Shown here: positions 34,993 to 38,533 of the stretch, piece by piece
Position numbering within the stretch: the stretch's first letter is position 1
How the letters are laid out: every line of letters begins with the position of its first letter
From: Octopus bimaculoides
Taxonomy: Eukaryota
Direction of reading: 5' to 3'
Length of the DNA stretch: 38,533 nucleotides
Assembly: GCF_001194135.2 (NCBI RefSeq)
Contig: NC_069000.1
Span: forward strand, 21,227,692-21,266,224
Position numbers and translations under genes: made by a program
The notes under the pieces: model-generated
Told to the model about the DNA's origin: nothing
The model's input: the letters and a program-made list of their open reading frames with translations, nothing else
The model's database searches: none

Positions 34993-35089
34993 CTATAAAA
35001 GAAAAGCCAAGAATCAAATAACAAGAAACATCAGAGTTCAAGAAATTTTTTAAAACTTATGAAGGATTCCTACAGTCTTCATTTTGCAA

Positions 35090-35122
<33 letters not shown>

Positions 35123-35359
35123 CCAATCTTGCCAGTACAAAGAGCAACTCACTCAACTTCCTCCCTTTCTTTATTCCTTCTTTTCCATCAACCCCCACCA
35201 CTTTTATAAAGAAAATAAGAGTTTACAACAGGCAGCATAATACAAAAATGCTCTAGCATGGCCATATCCAAATGGTTCAAAACTGATCAAAGCACTAATT
35301 ATCATCATCACCATCATCATCAATGTCGTTACCACTGTTGTTGTTATCATCATTACTTT

Positions 35360-35570
35360 TGTAAGCCTGTTTCTCTATGCATAGTACAGGTCTTCAGCAT
35401 GGCAACTCACCACATTTTGTGATCTTTGTCGTCTCTATGCGGTTCTTGACCACTTCTTCCCATGTCTTCTCCAGGGTTTCTCTTCCACAGGTTCCTCCCA
35501 CTTGGATCACTCAACACTCCTTTACCCAACTATCGTCCTTCATATGCATAACATGCCTGCACCCGTATTA
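35360..35570 (-). mobile_element. RTE-clade LINE 3' fragment
   Basis: HVMHMKDDSWVKEC*VIQVGGTCGRETLEKTWEEVVK, matching the HVMRM....VK.C....V.G..GRGRP.KTW.EVV pattern. Confidence 0.65.
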
Positions 35571-36568
35571 TTTTCTTTCCAGATGGGTGCAGCAAACAAC
35601 CTGGAGAGTAGTGGTGGAAGGGGGCAGCAGAAAGGCTTAAGTAGGAAGTCAGAAGGATCCAGCAGAAGGGTATGAAATATATGTTTACTTACCCTTAGTT
35701 ATCTATAAGGGTGGCAGAACAGGAAGAAGGGAGGGCATAGCAAGAAGGTGTGGTAGTATGGCACAGTGGGTGGGAGCACATTTAATAAATACGGTGGTTT
35801 TTACTAGCCTTCTTCAATTCTGTATCTCTTAACATCTCAAATCTATGAAATCCCATGTCCATAGGCTTCACACACAAAAAAAGCAAAAATCTCAATAATA
35901 GAAGTACATAATACTATATTTATTTAATATTGTAAACTGAAGGTTAAAAATATTAATTTAGTATTTTCCTTCCTTTCTAGTTTTTATAAAGAAAGAACAA
36001 ACGAACGAACATAGGCAGACAGATAGATACATACATTGTGTGCATGTATGAGTGATCAGAATACTTATACTGAGAGACAGCTGTTGTGGCCAGAATACAT
36101 ACATACAGAGAAAAAACATCCATTGGTGGCTAGAATATATATATATATATATATATATATANNNNNNNNNNNNNNNNNNNNNNNNNNNNNNNNNNNNNNN
36201 NNNNNNNNNNNNNNNNNNNNNNNNNNNNNNNNNNNNNNNNNNNNNNNNNNNNNNNNNNNNNNNNNNNNNNNNNNNNNNNNNNNNNNNNNNNNNNNNNNNN
36301 NNNNNNNNNNNNNNNNNNNNNNNNNNNNNNNNNNNNNNNNNNNNNNNNNNNNNNNNNNNNNNNNNNNNNNNNNNNNNNNNNNNNNNNNNNNNNNNNNNNN
36401 NNNNNNNNNNNNNNNNNNNNNNNNNNNNNNNNNNNNNNNNNNNNNNNNNNNNNNNNNNNNNNNNNNNNNNNNNNNNNNNNNNNNNNNNNNNNNNNNNNNN
36501 NNNNNNNNNNNNNNNNNNNNNNNNNNNNNNNNNNNNNNNNNNNNNNNNNNNNNNNNNNNNNNNNNNNN

Positions 36569-36601
<33 letters not shown>

Positions 36602-36763
36602 TGGGAGGACAGTCAATGGTAATGGAATATATATACATACAGCATTGGGGGAGACCATGCTGAAAGAAAGACAGTCAATGATGACCAGAATATATATATA
36701 TATATACATATATACACACACATAAAAGGGAAAACAGCAATTGTGGGCCACCAGGATACTTAC

Positions 36764-36890
36764 ATACTGAAGGAAAGCATGTAACTGAGGATAACTCTTA
36801 GGATCATTTGTAGCAGCAAACAATGGCTCAAAGATATTCTCTAAGATCTGTTGGAAGTTGCTCACTAACTTGTTGGAACGGTACACATCA
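36764..36890 (-). CDS. AMPD2: AMP deaminase exon (DVYRSNKLVSNFQQILENIFEPLFAATNDPKSYPQLHAFLQY)
   Basis: 127 nt, acceptor ctcttcaag at 36892/36891, donor gtaagt at 36763. Matches the AMPD segment NFQEMLENIFLPLFEAT..P..HP.LH.FL. Confidence 0.95.
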
Positions 36891-37437
36891 CTTGAAGAGA
36901 GGGAAAAAAAACACAAAGAATGTACTATTAAAATATACACAATGAGAACATGTGGTTTTGAAATATATGCCATCAATTAGAATGTAAACCATTATTATAT
37001 ACAGATTTAGACGATGACCACCACCACTGCCACTACCACCATTTAACATATATATATCCCATGCTGTCATGAGTTGGATGGTTTGACANNNNNNNNNNNN
37101 NNNNNNNNNNNNNNNNNNNNNNNNNNNNNNNNNNNNNNNNNNNNNNNNNNNNNNNNNNNNNNNNNNNNNNNNNNNNNNNNNNNNNNNNNNNNNNNNNNNN
37201 NNNNNNNNNNNNNNNNNNNNNNNNNNNNNNNNNNNNNNNNNNNNNNNNNNNNNNNNNNNNNNNNNNNNNNNNNNNNNNNNNNNNNNNNNNNNNNNNNNNN
37301 NNNNNNNNNNNNNNNNNNNNNNNNNNNNNNNNNNNNNNNNNNNNNNNNNNNNNNNNNNNNNNNNNNNNNNNNNNNNNNNNNNNNNNNNNNNNNNNNNNNN
37401 NNNNNNNNNNNNNNNNNNNNNNNNNNNNNNNNNNNNN

Positions 37438-37715
37438 GTCCACGAGGCTCCAGCAGGGGATGGTGGTGAACCCTGCTGTACTCTTTCACCACAGCTTTCT
37501 CTCACTCTTACTTCCTGTTTCTGTTGTGCCTGTAATTCAAAGGGTCAGCCTTGTCACACTGTGTCATGCTGAATATCTCCGAGAACTATGTTAAGGGTAC
37601 ACGTGTCTGCGGAGTGCTCAGCCACTTGCACGTTAATTTCATGAGCGGGCTGTTCTGTGCCTCTATGCCTCTTAATCTGGCCTGGATAAATGGCTACTCC
37701 AGCTGGAAAAGGAAA
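37438..37715. mobile_element. interspersed repeat fragment of unassigned family
   Basis: GC-richer non-coding block next to an N-gap, compositionally distinct from the flanks. Single copy in the window, so assignment is by resemblance only. Confidence 0.35.
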
Positions 37716-38139
37716 CAGGAGGGAGAGAGAGAGAGAAGGTGATGATGAAGATGTGTCGAGTGTACCCTCAAGTTAGAGGAAGGGGTATATAAGCTAAGTA
37801 GGATGGAGGGTTGGATAGGGTGAATGGGCAGGTAAGTTCACAAAAGTGCAAAAAAATATTGTGAGAGATGCAAGGGAGGAGAATGTAGCGAGTGAACAAA
37901 AGGTGGAGACAGGGGGAGTGTTAGGAAGATATGATGTGGAGGAGGAAGAGATATATTAGAGACAGAGTGTGTGCAGGTAATTTCATGAAAGTATGAAAGG
38001 AGAATGAAAGACTTAGCAGAGGAGAGGGGATGGTAGTGAATGATGAACACAGGTGAAGGAAGGTGAGTGTTAAGATGAGTTGTTGGGGTAGAGATTTGTC
38101 AGAGGCAGATTGTGTGCAGGGGCATAGACAAACCTTTAA

Positions 38140-38335
38140 CCCTTTAGCATTCAGATTACTCTGTCAAATGTAAGGCTTATTTATTCATATTGTTTGAATT
38201 AATCATGTATTATCTCATAGCTTTGAAATTTCAATGATGTAATGGTTTATTTTTTAAATGACATTGTAGGGTAGGTGTGACAAGTTGGATCTGGCTAGTT
38301 TCAGCATAAAACAGGGAGTGTTTTTGAGCTGGATA
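38140..38335. mobile_element. piggyBac-type MITE, inverted copy interrupted by a family C SINE
   Basis: TTAA-ccctttagcattcagattac; the body is the reverse complement of the 4752-4980 copy and stops at the catcatcat tail at about 38336. Confidence 0.75.
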
Positions 38336-38533
38336 TCATCATCATCATCATCATCGTTTAACGTCCGCTTTCCATGCTAGCATGGGTTGGACGATTTGAC
38401 TGAGGACTGGTGAAACCGGATGGCAACACCAGGCTCCAGTCTGATTTGGCAGAGTTTCTACAGCTGGATGCCCTTCCTAACGCCAACCACTCAGAGAGTG
38501 TAGTGGGTGCTTTTACGTGTCACCCGCACGAAA

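Overview
AT-rich, microsatellite- and SINE-dense eukaryotic genomic DNA with six N-gaps. The repeat families and (TA)n/(CAT)n density suggest an octopus (inference, not proven). Two spliced minus-strand genes are recognisable from GT-AG exons with mutually consistent phases. At the left end are the first three coding exons of a CEP164 orthologue (N-terminal and WW domains), which continues beyond position 1. At the right end are five consecutive C-terminal catalytic-domain exons of an AMP deaminase (AMPD2-like); its terminal exon could not be found. The rest is repeat-derived: three SINE families, piggyBac-, hAT- and Tc1-type MITEs, a decayed DD37D transposase, CR1/L2, RTE and RLE-type LINE remnants, and a 91-bp minisatellite amplified from a dispersed element. 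The most unusual segment is about 25.0-26.6 kb: the 3' end of a Penelope-like element (GIY-YIG C-terminus) carrying a minimal hammerhead ribozyme, a second degenerate hammerhead facing it, and a perfect 60-nt fold-back palindrome at the truncation point. Almost all ORFs in the supplied track are microsatellite, N-gap or repeat artefacts. Repeat boundaries were read by eye and are approximate; exon boundaries were counted base by base.
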